A stretch of DNA of 64,000 bases from Candidatus Bathyarchaeota archaeon (GCA_963783645.1 CAWAOH010000016.1:141719-205718), one strand, 5' to 3'. Shown: positions 28,991 to 40,091, counted from the first letter of the stretch. Numbers and translations: made by a program. Notes: generated by a model from the letters alone, not told the origin.

Positions 28991-29821
28991 CTAGCCTAGC
29001 GAGAATCGCAATCGTCCTGATTCTACTATGTACCGGGTCACATCAGTGCTACTTGCTTCTTCGACGACTGTCCCGGCCGATTCTGATAGTTTGCTAAGCT
29101 TCGCTAACGCGACCTTGATGAGAAGAACTGCTGGTATCATGCCGTAGTTGAGTGCAGGATCAGATCTAGCTAGAAAGACTCGAACATGAGATAGTTTTCT
29201 CTTCCTAACATAGTCGCTGATAATCTGATCTGCATGAAAAATGCTTTCGAAGTTCTCGAGTAATGGTATTACTTCGATGTGTTTCGGTTTGAATTCCCCA
29301 ATCCAATCGGCTGCGGAAATTGTATCGTCGAAATCTCCAGCATCCGTCTTATGCGCAATTAGAGTTTCATAGAGAGATGCGACTCGAGATAACTCGGCGG
29401 CCGAGGTAGTCATAGGAAGGATTACCTCAAAAATGGGGGGGACATCCTCTGCAGAGTAGAAATTTGAAGCCACATCGTAACTGCGTGGGATCGAAGTCAA
29501 TGCCTCAATCAATGCTTTCTGCTCAGCTTTCTCCACGCTTGGATTTGCAACCCGTATTGTCAGGAATATACCTCTGCCAAGTCGGTGTTTCTTGAAAAAG
29601 GCCGGATAGGCTACAAGTAGCTTCCGAACAACATTGGGATCGGCATCTTTTGCCTCCCAATCCCACATTTGTTCTTGGCATCCGAACTCGGAGAATGCAC
29701 GGTAAGTTTCTTCTACTTCCATATCCCCTGCCAATACTTCGTCTTTGGCCCAATTCGGAGACGCCACGTTGTCAGGGTGTTGGGTTGACATCGTCGCTGG
29801 TATTCGTCGCTCGTCGGTCAT
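28991..29821 (-). CDS. Archaeal-type phosphoenolpyruvate carboxylase derivative with apparent in-frame internal deletion
   Basis: The N-terminus (IPATMSTQHPDN...) is collinear with archaeal PEPC for ~245 aa up to RVFLARSDPALNYGMIPAVLL..LSKLSES. It then runs directly into a C-terminal tail (..TRYIVESGRLRFSLG) that matches the PEPC C-terminus (..ALIRRSLG / ..SQRKFLG). Total length is 276 aa against ~480-540 aa for the family. Confidence 0.6.
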   Translation of the reverse strand: MTDERRIPATMSTQHPDNVASPNWAKDEVLAGDMEVEETYRAFSEFGCQEQMWDWEAKDADPNVVRKLLVAYPAFFKKHRLGRGIFLTIRVANPSVEKAEQKALIEALTSIPRSYDVASNFYSAEDVPPIFEVILPMTTSAAELSRVASLYETLIAHKTDAGDFDDTISAADWIGEFKPKHIEVIPLLENFESIFHADQIISDYVRKRKLSHVRVFLARSDPALNYGMIPAVLLIKVALAKLSKLSESAGTVVEEASSTDVTRYIVESGRLRFSLG

Positions 29822-29857
29822 GCTAGCGCCTCAGTGATCCGGATCTATTCAACAACG

Positions 29858-30310
29858 TCATTGCTCGGTCTTCTGTTTATACCTCGAGTATTCTAGACTC
29901 AGTCCACTGAAAGATGCCCACAACTCGAGAACCTCGTACCAGACTCCAATCAGCATCGAGGTCATACCGACGAGGAAGATTATGACGATCACAGCCGGTT
30001 GGAGAGTTCCAGGGAACAGTATTGACACGAGTATAATCAGTGAGAGGGTGAGGAATGAGGAGATGCCGAAGAATAACCCGAACAATGACCATTTCGCGTA
30101 ACGCGCACGCTTGAAGAGCATCTCTAGACTTCTGGCCACTTCAGCATTGTGATCGAGTTTTAACAGTTCACGAGTGCGATCAATAATGCGCCCATATCTT
30201 GTTTGAACTAGTAGACAGAGGAGACCGCCAGTCGAAGATAACACAACGGGAACTAAAGCAGTCTGAACCGGCCCGAGAAGACTCTGCATATCCACCATGA
30301 TAACCACCAA
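29858..30310 (-). CDS. Hypothetical membrane protein (DUF2721-like)
   Basis: 150 aa; TM helices flank a charged loop (RIIDRTRELLKLDHNAEVARSLEMLFKRARYAKW). Confidence 0.4.
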   Translation of the reverse strand: MVVIMVDMQSLLGPVQTALVPVVLSSTGGLLCLLVQTRYGRIIDRTRELLKLDHNAEVARSLEMLFKRARYAKWSLFGLFFGISSFLTLSLIILVSILFPGTLQPAVIVIIFLVGMTSMLIGVWYEVLELWASFSGLSLEYSRYKQKTEQ

Positions 30311-30399
30311 TAAAGAAACGCCTCTGGGTATCTAGATATTAAGGATAGGAATTGTGCGCTAAATCAGCGGCACCTCGGGAATTATTCTGAGCGATTAGG

Positions 30400-30807
30400 T
30401 CAGAGATGCTTCTTGAACCAGCCGTTTATCTGGCTCAGTCTTTCTGTTCTATGGTTAGGTTTGCCGCTCCGTGAGAGTTCATGATTTTCTTCAGGGAATC
30501 GTAACATCTTAGTTTCTTTTCTAAGCTTTTTCAATGATACGAAGAGTTGCTCTCCCTGTTCGATTGGACATCGATAGTCTTCTTCTGAGTGAATTATCAG
30601 GACCGGGGTCTTGACATTGTGAACGTACGTGATGGGAGAATTCTCAACATAGTGTTGGGATCTTTCCAATGGGACTCCTCTAACCTCTTCCTCCGCAAAG
30701 AAGTAGCCGATGTCGCTGGTTCCGAAGAAACTGGTCCAGTTGCTTATGGACCGTTCCGTCACGGCAGCCTTGAACCTTTCTGTGTGTCCAATAATCCAGT
30801 TCGTCAT
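30400..30807 (-). pseudogene. C-terminal fragment of an S9-family (prolyl oligopeptidase/acylaminoacyl peptidase) serine peptidase
   Basis: ..ERFKAAVTERSISNW..SPITYVHNVKTPVLIIHSEEDYRCPIEQGEQLF.. is the S9 C-terminus (catalytic Asp/His region). The GxSxGG nucleophile region and the whole N-terminal propeller are absent; only 58 nt separate it from the carB stop. Confidence 0.6.
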
Positions 30808-30865
30808 CCACCTCCATACGACCCCACCCCTCCTAGACGGTTCCCGTGTGCGACACCCGCTGACG

Positions 30866-32848
30866 CTATTCCATAGGTTTCACGTAATCCGTTAATCCTA
30901 GGATCTCCGGCTCCTGGAATCTTAGATATTGTACTGCTTCGACTATCGCGGACGCTAGTTCGATTGTTGTTACTACTGGTATATTGTACTCTACTGCCAA
31001 CCTTCTGATCGCGTATTCGTCGGCCAAGATTCTTTGGTCTACGACAGAATCTCCATTTGCTGGTATGTTGATAACGAGGCTGATCTTACCGTTCAGTAAG
31101 TAATCTGATATGTTAGGCTTCTTGTTATTCTCGCTGATTTTGTGAAGAGTGACTACCCTCCTAATCCCAGCTGCTTGGAGTGTCAGTGAAGTATGTGCCG
31201 TCGCGTACAGTTCGAACCCTAGCGATGCTAAAGCAACTGAGATGGGAACTATACGATTCTTCAGGTCTGGTCCACCAACCGTGATGAGAACTCCACCTTT
31301 CGAAGGAAGCGAAATCTCCGTTGCTTCAAGTGCCTTTGCGAATGCGTCTGAGAAGCTCCTACCTAGACATGCTACCTCTCCCGTACTCATCATCTCTACA
31401 CCTGTAACTGGATCAGCGCCTTGTAATCGAACAAAACTGAATTGTGGAACTTTCACGCTGAAATATGCAAGTTCCGTAGGAATTTTATTCTCGTGATCCA
31501 GCTTGCGCCTTCCTAGAAGGATGGGTACTGCTGTCCTGATTATATTGACCCCGGTTGATTTGCTCACGTAGGGCATCGATCGCGAGGCTCGGACGTTGCA
31601 TTCAATGACATAGACCATATCGCCTTTGGTCATGTACTGTATATTGAACGGGCCACGAATGCCAATTCCTAGTGCAATTTTGCTACTGTAATCACTTACT
31701 TTTTCCAGGATGCTTTTCGGTAGAGTTTTTGATGGCAGACTTATTGTTGCGTCGCCGCTGTGAATGCCAGCGTTCTCTATGTGTTCCATGACGGGACTCA
31801 ACATAACGCTTGTCCCGTCACATACTCCATCAACTTCCACTTCACGTGCATCCAAAACGAACTTGGAAATTACGACTGGGTGCTCGGGAGATATACTTGC
31901 GGCTAGTCGAAGGAATGCTTCAAGCTGTTCATCATTATCTGCGACGCGCATAGCAGAACCTGAGAGCACATAACTAGGTCTGACAAGAACCGGGTAACCG
32001 ACCTGTCTCGCAAAGTTCTTGCAGGCAGAAATCGAAGTTGCTTTTCTCCATTGAGGCTGGGGTATCGCGAGCTTATCAAGTAACGAGCTGAACTTTGCAC
32101 GATCTTCTGCTCGATCGATTGTCCTGCTCGCGGAGCCTAGAATGCGCACACCCCGTTTCGCTAATTGAGGAGCAAGGGTGTTAGCAATCTGGCCGCCCAC
32201 ACACACCACAACTCCGTACGGCAACTCCTTCTCACATATGTCGAGTACTCTCTCAAGAGTTAATTCCTCGAAGTAGAGTTTGTCACAACTATCGTAGTCC
32301 GTAGAAACCGTTTCGGGGTTGTAGTTGACGAGAATTGTTTCTTCGATGCCATTCTCCTTGAGCGCCTTAACGGCGTTTACTGCGCTCCAATCGAATTCAA
32401 CGCTTGATCCGATATGAAAAACTCCGGAGCCCAGCACAATGACTTTTTTTCGCAATTGAAATTCAATTTCATCATCCTCTCCTCCGTATGTTACGTAGAG
32501 ATAGTTAGTTCTAGCAGGCCATTCTGCAGCAAGCGTATCAATCTGTTTCACGACGGGGTTGATGCGGTTCTTTGCCCGGAATTCCCTGATTGAGAATTCA
32601 TCAGTTCCGTTGCAGATGGCGATTTGCTTATCCGAAAAACCCAGTTCTTTTGCGTGTCGTACTAGCGCCGCAGCGATTCCGTGATTGAGGTTGATTGCTC
32701 GAAGTGTGTGTTCAGTTTCAACAACGTGTTCTAGCTTGTGGATAAACCATGGATCGATTCCCGTCAATTCATGAATTTCGTTAACGGTCAATCCGTTCTG
32801 CAGGCTCCTAAGAATGAAAAAAAGGCGGTCGTCCGTGGGGTTCATCAA
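30866..32848 (-). CDS. carB: Carbamoyl-phosphate synthase large subunit, C-terminal part (oligomerisation domain + second ATP-grasp + MGS-like domain)
   Basis: [29 protein letters not shown] aligns to E. coli CarB [30 protein letters not shown]. The second ATP-grasp and MGS-like motifs follow. Confidence 0.85.
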   Translation of the reverse strand: MMNPTDDRLFFILRSLQNGLTVNEIHELTGIDPWFIHKLEHVVETEHTLRAINLNHGIAAALVRHAKELGFSDKQIAICNGTDEFSIREFRAKNRINPVVKQIDTLAAEWPARTNYLYVTYGGEDDEIEFQLRKKVIVLGSGVFHIGSSVEFDWSAVNAVKALKENGIEETILVNYNPETVSTDYDSCDKLYFEELTLERVLDICEKELPYGVVVCVGGQIANTLAPQLAKRGVRILGSASRTIDRAEDRAKFSSLLDKLAIPQPQWRKATSISACKNFARQVGYPVLVRPSYVLSGSAMRVADNDEQLEAFLRLAASISPEHPVVISKFVLDAREVEVDGVCDGTSVMLSPVMEHIENAGIHSGDATISLPSKTLPKSILEKVSDYSSKIALGIGIRGPFNIQYMTKGDMVYVIECNVRASRSMPYVSKSTGVNIIRTAVPILLGRRKLDHENKIPTELAYFSVKVPQFSFVRLQGADPVTGVEMMSTGEVACLGRSFSDAFAKALEATEISLPSKGGVLITVGGPDLKNRIVPISVALASLGFELYATAHTSLTLQAAGIRRVVTLHKISENNKKPNISDYLLNGKISLVINIPANGDSVVDQRILADEYAIRRLAVEYNIPVVTTIELASAIVEAVQYLRFQEPEILGLTDYVKPME

Positions 32849-34124
32849 TTGTTCCCGTATCGCTTCTTTGCTGTAATTTTGTTCTCTCCGGATTGCAAAC
32901 TAATCCTAGCTTTCCGATGTTCAGCATTCGGACGGCTTTCTGAAGTGCTTCTTCGAATGACCGGCCGATCGACATCACTTCACCCACCGACTTCATCTGC
33001 GGGCCAATGTGCGGGTCAATGTTCCTGAATTTGCCAAGATCCCAGCGGGGGATTTTGACAACGCAGTAGTCTAAGGCTGGCTCGAAGCATGCGGTTGTTA
33101 TGTTCGTTATCTTATTCCATAATTCTGGTAAATTGTAGCCAATGGCGAGTTTGGCTGCGATGTATGCGAGTGGATATCCAGTTGCTTTGCTGGCTAAGGC
33201 TGAGCTCCTGGACATTCTAGCGTTGACTTCAATGGCTCTAATTTCTTCGCTGTGTGGGTCTAGAGCCCATTGAATGTTGCATTCTCCGACGACGCCGAGG
33301 CTTCGAATAGCGTTTATTGATGCCGCGCGAAGTTTGTGGTATTCTCTGTTCGTTAGCGTTTGGGATGGTGCGACAACGATTGAGTCACCTGTGTGTATGC
33401 CCATGGGGTCGAAGTTTTCCATGTTGCACACTGTGATGCAATTGTCGGCTGTGTCCCTAACGACTTCATACTCGATTTCCTTCCAGTGGTGCAGGTACTC
33501 CTCAACGAGAACTTGGTGTATGACGCTCTGTGCTAATGCTGAATCGGCGACCCGACTCATTTGAGCTTCGTCCTTAACAATAGCGGAGCCTTTTCCACCC
33601 AAAGCAAATGCGACTCGAATTATTACCGGGTAACCTATCTGCCGCGCCGCAACTAAACACTCTTCAAGAGACTTCGCTGAGATGCTTTTGGGAATCGGAG
33701 TTCCAGACCTGTTCATAGCTTGCTTGAAGAGCTCTCTGTCCTCCGTCTCCTGGATCGTTCGAACAGGTGTACCCAGCACTTTGACATCATATTCCTCTAG
33801 GATCCCTCTCTTTGCCAGCTCCACGCCACAATTGAGTGCGGTTTGTCCGCCAAAGCTCAGTAGAATACTGTCCGGTTTTTCCTTGATTATTACACGCTCA
33901 ACGTATTCTGGTGTCACAGGGAGAAGGTAGATTTTTACTCCAGGCTTCGGGTCCGTTTGAACGGTGGCAATGTTCGGGTTGACCAGAACGGTCTCAATGC
34001 CTTCTTCACCCAATGCCTTGAGACATTGTGAGCCGCTGTAATCGAATTCAGCGGCCTCGCCTATCTTGACTGCACCGCTGCCAAGAAGAAGTGTCTTTCG
34101 AATGCATTCATGACGAGGCATCAT
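32808..34124 (-). CDS. carB: Carbamoyl-phosphate synthase large subunit, N-terminal part (first ATP-grasp domain)
   Basis: [35 protein letters not shown]. It ends ..[21 protein letters not shown] followed by ~14 non-homologous codons before the stop. It overlaps the C-terminal ORF by 41 nt; a 1-nt change near 32825-32832 would fuse both into one carB. Confidence 0.85.
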   Translation of the reverse strand: MMPRHECIRKTLLLGSGAVKIGEAAEFDYSGSQCLKALGEEGIETVLVNPNIATVQTDPKPGVKIYLLPVTPEYVERVIIKEKPDSILLSFGGQTALNCGVELAKRGILEEYDVKVLGTPVRTIQETEDRELFKQAMNRSGTPIPKSISAKSLEECLVAARQIGYPVIIRVAFALGGKGSAIVKDEAQMSRVADSALAQSVIHQVLVEEYLHHWKEIEYEVVRDTADNCITVCNMENFDPMGIHTGDSIVVAPSQTLTNREYHKLRAASINAIRSLGVVGECNIQWALDPHSEEIRAIEVNARMSRSSALASKATGYPLAYIAAKLAIGYNLPELWNKITNITTACFEPALDYCVVKIPRWDLGKFRNIDPHIGPQMKSVGEVMSIGRSFEEALQKAVRMLNIGKLGLVCNPERTKLQQRSDTGTIDEPHGRPPFFHS

Positions 34125-35271
34125 GAATCACCTTATTGACGAAGAAATCGAAAATGAACTCAGTATCTGTGGGTCCCGGTGAAGCTTCCGGATGCCACTG
34201 AACTCCCCAAAACGGTTTCTTTGGATGTCTGATTCCTTCAATCGATCTGTCGTTTGCGTTAACGAACCAAACCTCCAGTCCGGCGTTTTCCAGCTGCGCC
34301 TTGTCGACCGCGTATCCGTGGTTTTGAGTCGTGATGTAGCATCTGCCAGTGTCAACGTCGATGACTGGTTGATTCTGAGAGCGATGGCCGTACTTCATCT
34401 TGTATGTGTCCGCACCTTCGGCAAGGGCTATCAGCTGGGTTCCTAGACAAATTCCAAGTGTTGGCATGTCGCATCCGATGAGTTCTTGAATTGTATTGAT
34501 TGTGGACGTGCACGTCTTTGGGTTACCTGGACCATTGCTGACAACGACACCAGCTGGTTCAATATTCAGTATTTCACTAGCCTTGGCATCGTGCGGCATT
34601 CTGACAACGGTAAGATTCCGCTTCAGCAGGTTTCTTATGATACTGTTTTTGACGCCGCAATCGATTAACGCGATTCGATTCGGACGTCCTTCGCAATAGG
34701 TGACTGGCTCGTGAACTGAAACTTGTCCCACCAGATCGAGTTTGTTCGGATCATCAATCTTCCTGTTTGACTCGCGGTCAACATCATCAGCGCCAATCCT
34801 GCCCAGCATTACGCCTTTCTCGCGTAAGACTCTCGCAAGTCGTCGAGTGTCCACTCCATAAATGCCGGGAATCTTTTCTGTCCGAAGCCATTCGTCCAAA
34901 CTTCGGATGCTTTGCCAGTGACTTGGACTCTTGCATATTTCATGAACAACTAAGCCGCGAACTTGTATACAGTCGGATTCAAAAAATGCAGGCAACTCAT
35001 GCGGAGCGGCCTCATAGCTTGGAACTCCATAATTCCCGACTAGAGGATATGTGAGGCAGAGTATTTGGCCTCGGTAGGAAGGGTCTGTTAATGCCTCGGG
35101 ATATCCGACCATCGATGTCGAGAAGACTGTTTCCCCTTCCGTAGGCTCCTCCGCACCAAACGAGAACCCTTGGAACGTTGTCCCGTCTTGGAGTGTTAGG
35201 AAACGCGTTTTTCGTTCCGTGATTTCTCGAAGGATATCCGGCTTCTTAGCGATCTCTGACTTTTGTTGCAT
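34108..35271 (-). CDS. carA: Carbamoyl-phosphate synthase small (glutaminase) subunit
   Basis: [20 protein letters not shown]..; GATase catalytic region ([10 protein letters not shown]; HNHGYAV); 17-nt overlap with carB. Confidence 0.9.
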   Translation of the reverse strand: MQQKSEIAKKPDILREITERKTRFLTLQDGTTFQGFSFGAEEPTEGETVFSTSMVGYPEALTDPSYRGQILCLTYPLVGNYGVPSYEAAPHELPAFFESDCIQVRGLVVHEICKSPSHWQSIRSLDEWLRTEKIPGIYGVDTRRLARVLREKGVMLGRIGADDVDRESNRKIDDPNKLDLVGQVSVHEPVTYCEGRPNRIALIDCGVKNSIIRNLLKRNLTVVRMPHDAKASEILNIEPAGVVVSNGPGNPKTCTSTINTIQELIGCDMPTLGICLGTQLIALAEGADTYKMKYGHRSQNQPVIDVDTGRCYITTQNHGYAVDKAQLENAGLEVWFVNANDRSIEGIRHPKKPFWGVQWHPEASPGPTDTEFIFDFFVNKVIHDASS

Positions 35272-35414
35272 GTCGATTGTCCTCCCGAGCGCACTGGGAG
35301 GCTTCGAGAACCCTTCTTGAGAAAGGCGTAGGAGAGTATTTGATGCTTACGCAATAATCGGTTCTCGTGTGCCGTGCGCTGGGATTATCTCCTTCCTTTC
35401 TATGAGAGACCGCC

Positions 35415-35423
35415 TTAAATATA
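35415..35423 (+). promoter_or_regulatory. Candidate TATA box (ttaaatata) ~50 nt upstream of the pccB start codon
   Basis: A/T octamer in an otherwise mixed-composition intergenic region. Spacing fits an archaeal promoter with a short leader. Confidence 0.25.
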
Positions 35424-35472
35424 CAAGCACGAGGCTAAGGTTTGCTTCTGCGCGAAACCTCGTATCAATGAG

Positions 35473-37053
35473 ATGAATTATGTATTGTTGGATGAGCATC
35501 CTGATCGGATGGAGGAAAAGATAAGAAAATTACGTGAGCTGAGTGAGAAAGCAACCCTCGGAGGCGGCAAAGAACGCATAGAAGAGCAACATGCGCAGGG
35601 AAAGCTTACCGCCCGTGAGAGACTGGACATACTCGTCGATTCGGGCAGTTTCGTTGAGACAGATCGCTTCGCCCTGCATCAATCTCACAATTTTGACATG
35701 CAGAAAAATAGGATTCTGGGAGATGGCGTTGTTACCGGCCACGCTAAAATCGACGGGCGCCAGGTATTCGTATTCGCGCACGACTTCACCGTGTTTGGTG
35801 GATCGGTTGGTGAGACCTTCGCGGAGAAGGTCTGTAAGATAATGGACCAAGCGATGAAGGTTGGCGCACCCATCATAGGACTTAACGACTCCGGAGGAGC
35901 AAGGATACAGGAAGGCGTGGCAGGGCTGGGCGGGTTCGCAGAAATATTCTATCGCAATGTAATGGCTAGTGGGGTTGTTCCCCAGATTTCCGTGATTATG
36001 GGTCCGTGCGCTGGCGGAGCGGTCTATTCTCCAGCGATAACAGATTTCGTCATAATGGTTGACAAGAAAAGTCACATGTTTGTGACAGGCCCCAATGTTG
36101 TGAAAGCAGTTCTTAACGAAACAGTCAGCTTCGAAGATCTCGGAGGAGCCGCAGTTCACGCTCAGATCACGGGAGTCTCACACTTCTTGGCTCCCGATGA
36201 ACATGCGGCATTAGGACTGGTCAAACAACTGTTGTCATATCTCCCCTCAAATAACCTCGAGGATCCGCCAGTAGTAAAAACAGGTGATTCTCCAGACCGC
36301 GTCGTAGAGGGCCTTTTCTCGATCGTACCCTCCGATCCGTATAGGACCTACGATATGAAAGAGATCATCACACGAGTAGTAGATTTCGGAACGTTCCTGG
36401 AAGTTCATGCTCACTGGGCACAAAATATCATCGTAGGATTTGCACGGCTAGATGGTGAAACTATCGGAGTAATAGCAAACCAGCCTCTACACTCCGCTGG
36501 AGCCTTGGATGGCAATGCTTCAGTTAAGGCGGCTCGATTCATCAGATTCTGTGACGCGTTCAGTATTCCTATCGTTTGCCTTGTCGATATCCCCGGTTTC
36601 CTTCCCGGAATAGATCAAGAGCACAGTGGGATAATCAGACATGGCGCGAAACTTCTCTACGCTTACTGTGATGCCACCGTGCCGAAACTCACAGTGATTG
36701 TTCACAAGGCGTACGGTGGAGCCTACGATGTTCTCGGAAGTAAGCACATCCGAGGCGACTTCAACTTCGCGTGGCCAAGTGCCGAAATCGCCGTGATGGG
36801 ACCTGAAGCGGCCGTCGAAATCTTGTACCGTAAAGAAATCGCGGAAGCATCTGATCCGTCTCGCGTCCGCAGCAAACTAGTGTCGGAGTATCGCGAACTG
36901 TTCTCAAACCCGTACATTGCCGCGGAACGCGGCTACGTTGACGACGTCATCGAGCCCAACCAAACACGCGTAAGGCTAATTCAGGCTCTGGAGGCTTCAC
37001 GAAATAAGAGAGAACTGAGACCGTCAAGGAAACACGGCAACATGCCTCAATGA
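35473..37053 (+). CDS. pccB: Acetyl-CoA/propionyl-CoA carboxylase, carboxyltransferase subunit
   Basis: 526 aa with two carboxyltransferase halves (..AHDFTVFGGSVGE..; ..VDIPGFLPGIDQEHSGIIRHGAKLLYAY..). Confidence 0.85.
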   Translation: MNYVLLDEHPDRMEEKIRKLRELSEKATLGGGKERIEEQHAQGKLTARERLDILVDSGSFVETDRFALHQSHNFDMQKNRILGDGVVTGHAKIDGRQVFVFAHDFTVFGGSVGETFAEKVCKIMDQAMKVGAPIIGLNDSGGARIQEGVAGLGGFAEIFYRNVMASGVVPQISVIMGPCAGGAVYSPAITDFVIMVDKKSHMFVTGPNVVKAVLNETVSFEDLGGAAVHAQITGVSHFLAPDEHAALGLVKQLLSYLPSNNLEDPPVVKTGDSPDRVVEGLFSIVPSDPYRTYDMKEIITRVVDFGTFLEVHAHWAQNIIVGFARLDGETIGVIANQPLHSAGALDGNASVKAARFIRFCDAFSIPIVCLVDIPGFLPGIDQEHSGIIRHGAKLLYAYCDATVPKLTVIVHKAYGGAYDVLGSKHIRGDFNFAWPSAEIAVMGPEAAVEILYRKEIAEASDPSRVRSKLVSEYRELFSNPYIAAERGYVDDVIEPNQTRVRLIQALEASRNKRELRPSRKHGNMPQ

Positions 37054-37492
37054 CACGTGTGTATGCTTCATAGCGGCTAAAGCAATTTACTGGAGCACCA
37101 ATCCTGCTAAATGGACATGACGTCCTGAAGGCACTAGCCAGATAATTGCAGTATTCTGACGCCATCTTCAACGCGATGGCGAGGATTCCAAGTCCGCCGA
37201 AGGCTGTGTATGGGTAGACAGATGAACAAGACTGTCATTCTGACATTCTGTGCTTGCGTATCTATAATGTGTGTGCATTGAAGTAGTGTCGATCAATCAT
37301 TTTTCTTGGTGGTCATTCTCTGATTATGCGATTTCCACTGGGCCACCGTCGTAAATCTAACATCTCAACGAAAGTTCTTCTCTTGTCTGCGTACCGTGCT
37401 GCCTACCGCTATCCCTCCACTGATCAGTACCAGATTCTTAATGACAAACTCACCGTCCGCGGTTAAGAATAGCGGATTTCCGTTTTGGAATG

Positions 37493-37831
37493 CTAGGTCA
37501 GGCCGTACCACAAGCAATAGGAAAGTGCCGCGAGATGAAGCCACAGGAGTAACAGCGTGAAGCGCAGACCGTAGCCAATCACTAACCCAAATCCCAAAAC
37601 TACTTCAAAAACTCCCACCAGGGGCACTGACAATGTCGACGGAACCCAACTAATCACAGCCGTCACCAAATTGGCGACTGGAGTTACGCCGATAGCTTTT
37701 AGCAAACCGAACCAAATGAAGACTACCCCCAAAGAAATTCGGAGCAAACCTAACCCATGAGTTGTCATAACCTGTATAGCTCGTTGGTCCGCACGATCCA
37801 AAAAAACAACCAAACGCTGAATGACAGGCAA
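37493..37831 (-). CDS. DoxX/DUF417-like small membrane protein
   Basis: 112 aa; LRISLGVVFIWFGLLKAIG.. pattern with 3-4 TM. Confidence 0.4.
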   Translation of the reverse strand: MPVIQRLVVFLDRADQRAIQVMTTHGLGLLRISLGVVFIWFGLLKAIGVTPVANLVTAVISWVPSTLSVPLVGVFEVVLGFGLVIGYGLRFTLLLLWLHLAALSYCLWYGLT

Positions 37832-38139
37832 CTTGTCCTAGCCCAATTCTGCATCGCCCATGATTTTGTTAAAGTAGCAGCGATCTGACTTGCAAGCTTG
37901 GGAGCGTAACTCCAAACATAAATATACCATACGTCATAGAAATATCGAATTTTACTTCAAATTACAAAATCCAAGGAACAAACACATAACCAAAGTTTCC
38001 CAAACTGATTCATTAGCGGTGGATTAAGCCCCGCTAGACCACTAAATCCCTAAAACCTCACCAAAATAAGACACTAGGAAGTAGGTACGGATAATTTCAC
38101 ATTCATTAACGGGGTGTAGGGAATGGATAGGATGAAGGT

Positions 38140-38493
38140 TTGAGTATGAATGAGTTCTTTCAATCGATAATTGATCGCCTACAAAACAGCGCGAGCGTTA
38201 AGACGGTGTATGGAGAACCGACGGAAGTGAAGGGTAGAACGATAATTCCTGTTGCGAAGGTCGCCTACGCCTTCTGCTCGTCAACGCCTAGCCGACAGGA
38301 GTCTGACGGGCAGGGACACAACCGAGGTGGAGGCGCGATCGCAGTAAAACCTACTGGTATAATCGAGATAACTCAAGACGCCGGCACACGGTTTATCCCA
38401 TTCAAAGACACTGAGAAACTAATCGGAATGCTGTTGCTTGGACTGATGTTGGGTGCCATCGTAAGCGGAAGACGCTCGAGAAGACGAGACTAG
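38140..38493 (+). CDS. GerW/YtfJ-family protein
   Basis: VYGEPTEVKGRTIIPVAKVAYAF..GGGAIAVKPTGIIEITQDAGTRFIPF matches the Spore_YtfJ pattern. Confidence 0.5.
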   Translation: MSMNEFFQSIIDRLQNSASVKTVYGEPTEVKGRTIIPVAKVAYAFCSSTPSRQESDGQGHNRGGGAIAVKPTGIIEITQDAGTRFIPFKDTEKLIGMLLLGLMLGAIVSGRRSRRRD

Positions 38494-38614
38494 GAATGGT
38501 CCGCAAATGGCTGTGACTCCGAAGAAGCTCCGCTAGTAAAATGTCAAAATCCCACGCCTCTCTGAAGATCCCAAAGATTTGTCAGGGAAGTCGTGACCGT
38601 TCAGGGGTGGTAAC

Positions 38615-39109
38615 TTAGACTGATCCCTCCAAACCTAGAACCACAGATAATTCGATCTGCCGTTCGGGTATATTCCAGTATTTCCTAAGCAACTCATTCT
38701 TGTTTGGTAGAAGTTCGAAACCATTTTTCTCATAGAACTTTATCGCCCAAGCAGCAGCTCCCCACGTCCCGACAAGTATTCGGCGCGTCTTCGCCATATG
38801 GATCACATGCTCGAGAAGTTTCTTTCCGATACCACGCCGTTGGTATTCCGGGAGCAAATACAAATGCCTGACCAAGGTTACGTCTTTGACTGGTTGGTAA
38901 CCCACAACCCCAAGTATTCCGTTCTCTTCGTACGCCAAGAAGGTCATCTCATCCATTTCTTTGCGAAGTTTGTTCAGTGGCATGTACGGTTCATGATAGC
39001 GATCGGTTGGGATTACACTTCGATATGCTTTGGCGGACTCGTTAATGATGGTGAGAATTGTTGTTTGATCATCCTGACCGCAAGTCCTGATGGTATAACT
39101 GAGGTTCAT
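38615..39109 (-). CDS. GNAT-family N-acetyltransferase
   Basis: Acetyl-CoA-binding motif LYLLPEYQRRGIGKKLLEHVI. Confidence 0.75.
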   Translation of the reverse strand: MNLSYTIRTCGQDDQTTILTIINESAKAYRSVIPTDRYHEPYMPLNKLRKEMDEMTFLAYEENGILGVVGYQPVKDVTLVRHLYLLPEYQRRGIGKKLLEHVIHMAKTRRILVGTWGAAAWAIKFYEKNGFELLPNKNELLRKYWNIPERQIELSVVLGLEGSV

Positions 39110-39363
39110 TGAATCAGCCCCTCAGCCCAGTTTTGTGCTGAGCGCAAGTATGACTCTATTTGACTCGTTGAGCTATAGGCGTTTGAACCCGTCTTAACAA
39201 CCTTACCGTTTGGAAGAACCACTTCGAGTTTCAACACATAGTCGTGGGGGAAATTGGCAGTTGAGCGACGGATTGTATTTTGCGCACCATTAGATACGCA
39301 CACCACCACACCCACCACCAAGATTCTCACTATCTCTGAGTTGGGGGCATTGGCACGTTTCAA
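39106..39363 (-). CDS. Hypothetical small protein, translationally coupled to the GNAT gene
   Basis: 85-aa ORF whose stop overlaps the GNAT start (ATGA-type 4-nt overlap). Confidence 0.3.
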   Translation of the reverse strand: MKRANAPNSEIVRILVVGVVVCVSNGAQNTIRRSTANFPHDYVLKLEVVLPNGKVVKTGSNAYSSTSQIESYLRSAQNWAEGLIQ

Positions 39364-39387
39364 CTGACGGCGATCAGCGGATGAAGT

Positions 39388-39618
39388 TCAATCCATGGCA
39401 ACCGTTGTAATGGTCGAACGTACGCCGTTAAGCCGTCTTATCTTCCATGTGACGATCTCTTTCAGCCCATCCATTGAATCGGCTTCGACTTTTGCAATCA
39501 CGTCGTAGATTCCGTAAAGTCGGTGGCACTCCTTCACATTTGGAACTTTGCGGACTTCTCCCAGTACCTTCTCTTCCGAGCCCGTCTCTACGTTTATCAG
39601 AACATAGCACAGAGTCAT
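39388..39618 (-). CDS. Stand-alone Lrp/AsnC ligand-binding (RAM) domain protein
   Basis: MTLCYVLINVETGSEEKVLGEVRKVPNVKECHRLYGIYDVIAKVEADSMDGLKEIVTWKIRRLNGVRSTIT is the AsnC_trans_reg pattern without an HTH. Confidence 0.7.
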   Translation of the reverse strand: MTLCYVLINVETGSEEKVLGEVRKVPNVKECHRLYGIYDVIAKVEADSMDGLKEIVTWKIRRLNGVRSTITTVAMD

Positions 39619-40091
39619 AACGGAGCCTCATCGATCCTACATGTGCAACGCACGGCTAAAAGCTTCCCCAACATAGTATCGTTCTAGTTGTTGGGCTTTA
39701 ATCAGTCTCTTGGCATAATCTTTGAACTTCTCACATTCTCTCTTTCTTTCGTAGCCTTCCTTGAGTACAAGCCCGACAGGAAAAACTGAGAGGTTGCGTG
39801 CCGACCCTATCCCTGCATGAAAACAAAAGATTGAGTTTTCTAGTATCATCAGGCCTTGGGGCAGTACTGCTGATGGTTAAGACCAATGCTCCAGCTCGTG
39901 GCAAAATTAGGGAAAGCGGCATGCCGTTAGAATTGATGGAGCTTGAAGTGCAGCTTCTGGTTAACGGTGAAGTAAATTTTGAATCGCATGCTCATAGACT
40001 CACGGGTGTTGATGCTGTGAACTTCGCATGTCCGGTGGGCTCGTGGAATCCCAAGAACTGGAGTCACCGTCACCGGCGCTCGAGAAGTTCT

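Noticed and set aside
35530-36159. 209-aa minus-strand ORF inside pccB
   Set aside because: Antisense to a highly conserved carboxyltransferase gene, so it is a shadow ORF.
36947-37171. 74-aa minus-strand ORF overlapping the pccB stop region
   Set aside because: It overlaps the conserved 3' end of pccB in antisense and has Cys-rich but unordered sequence.
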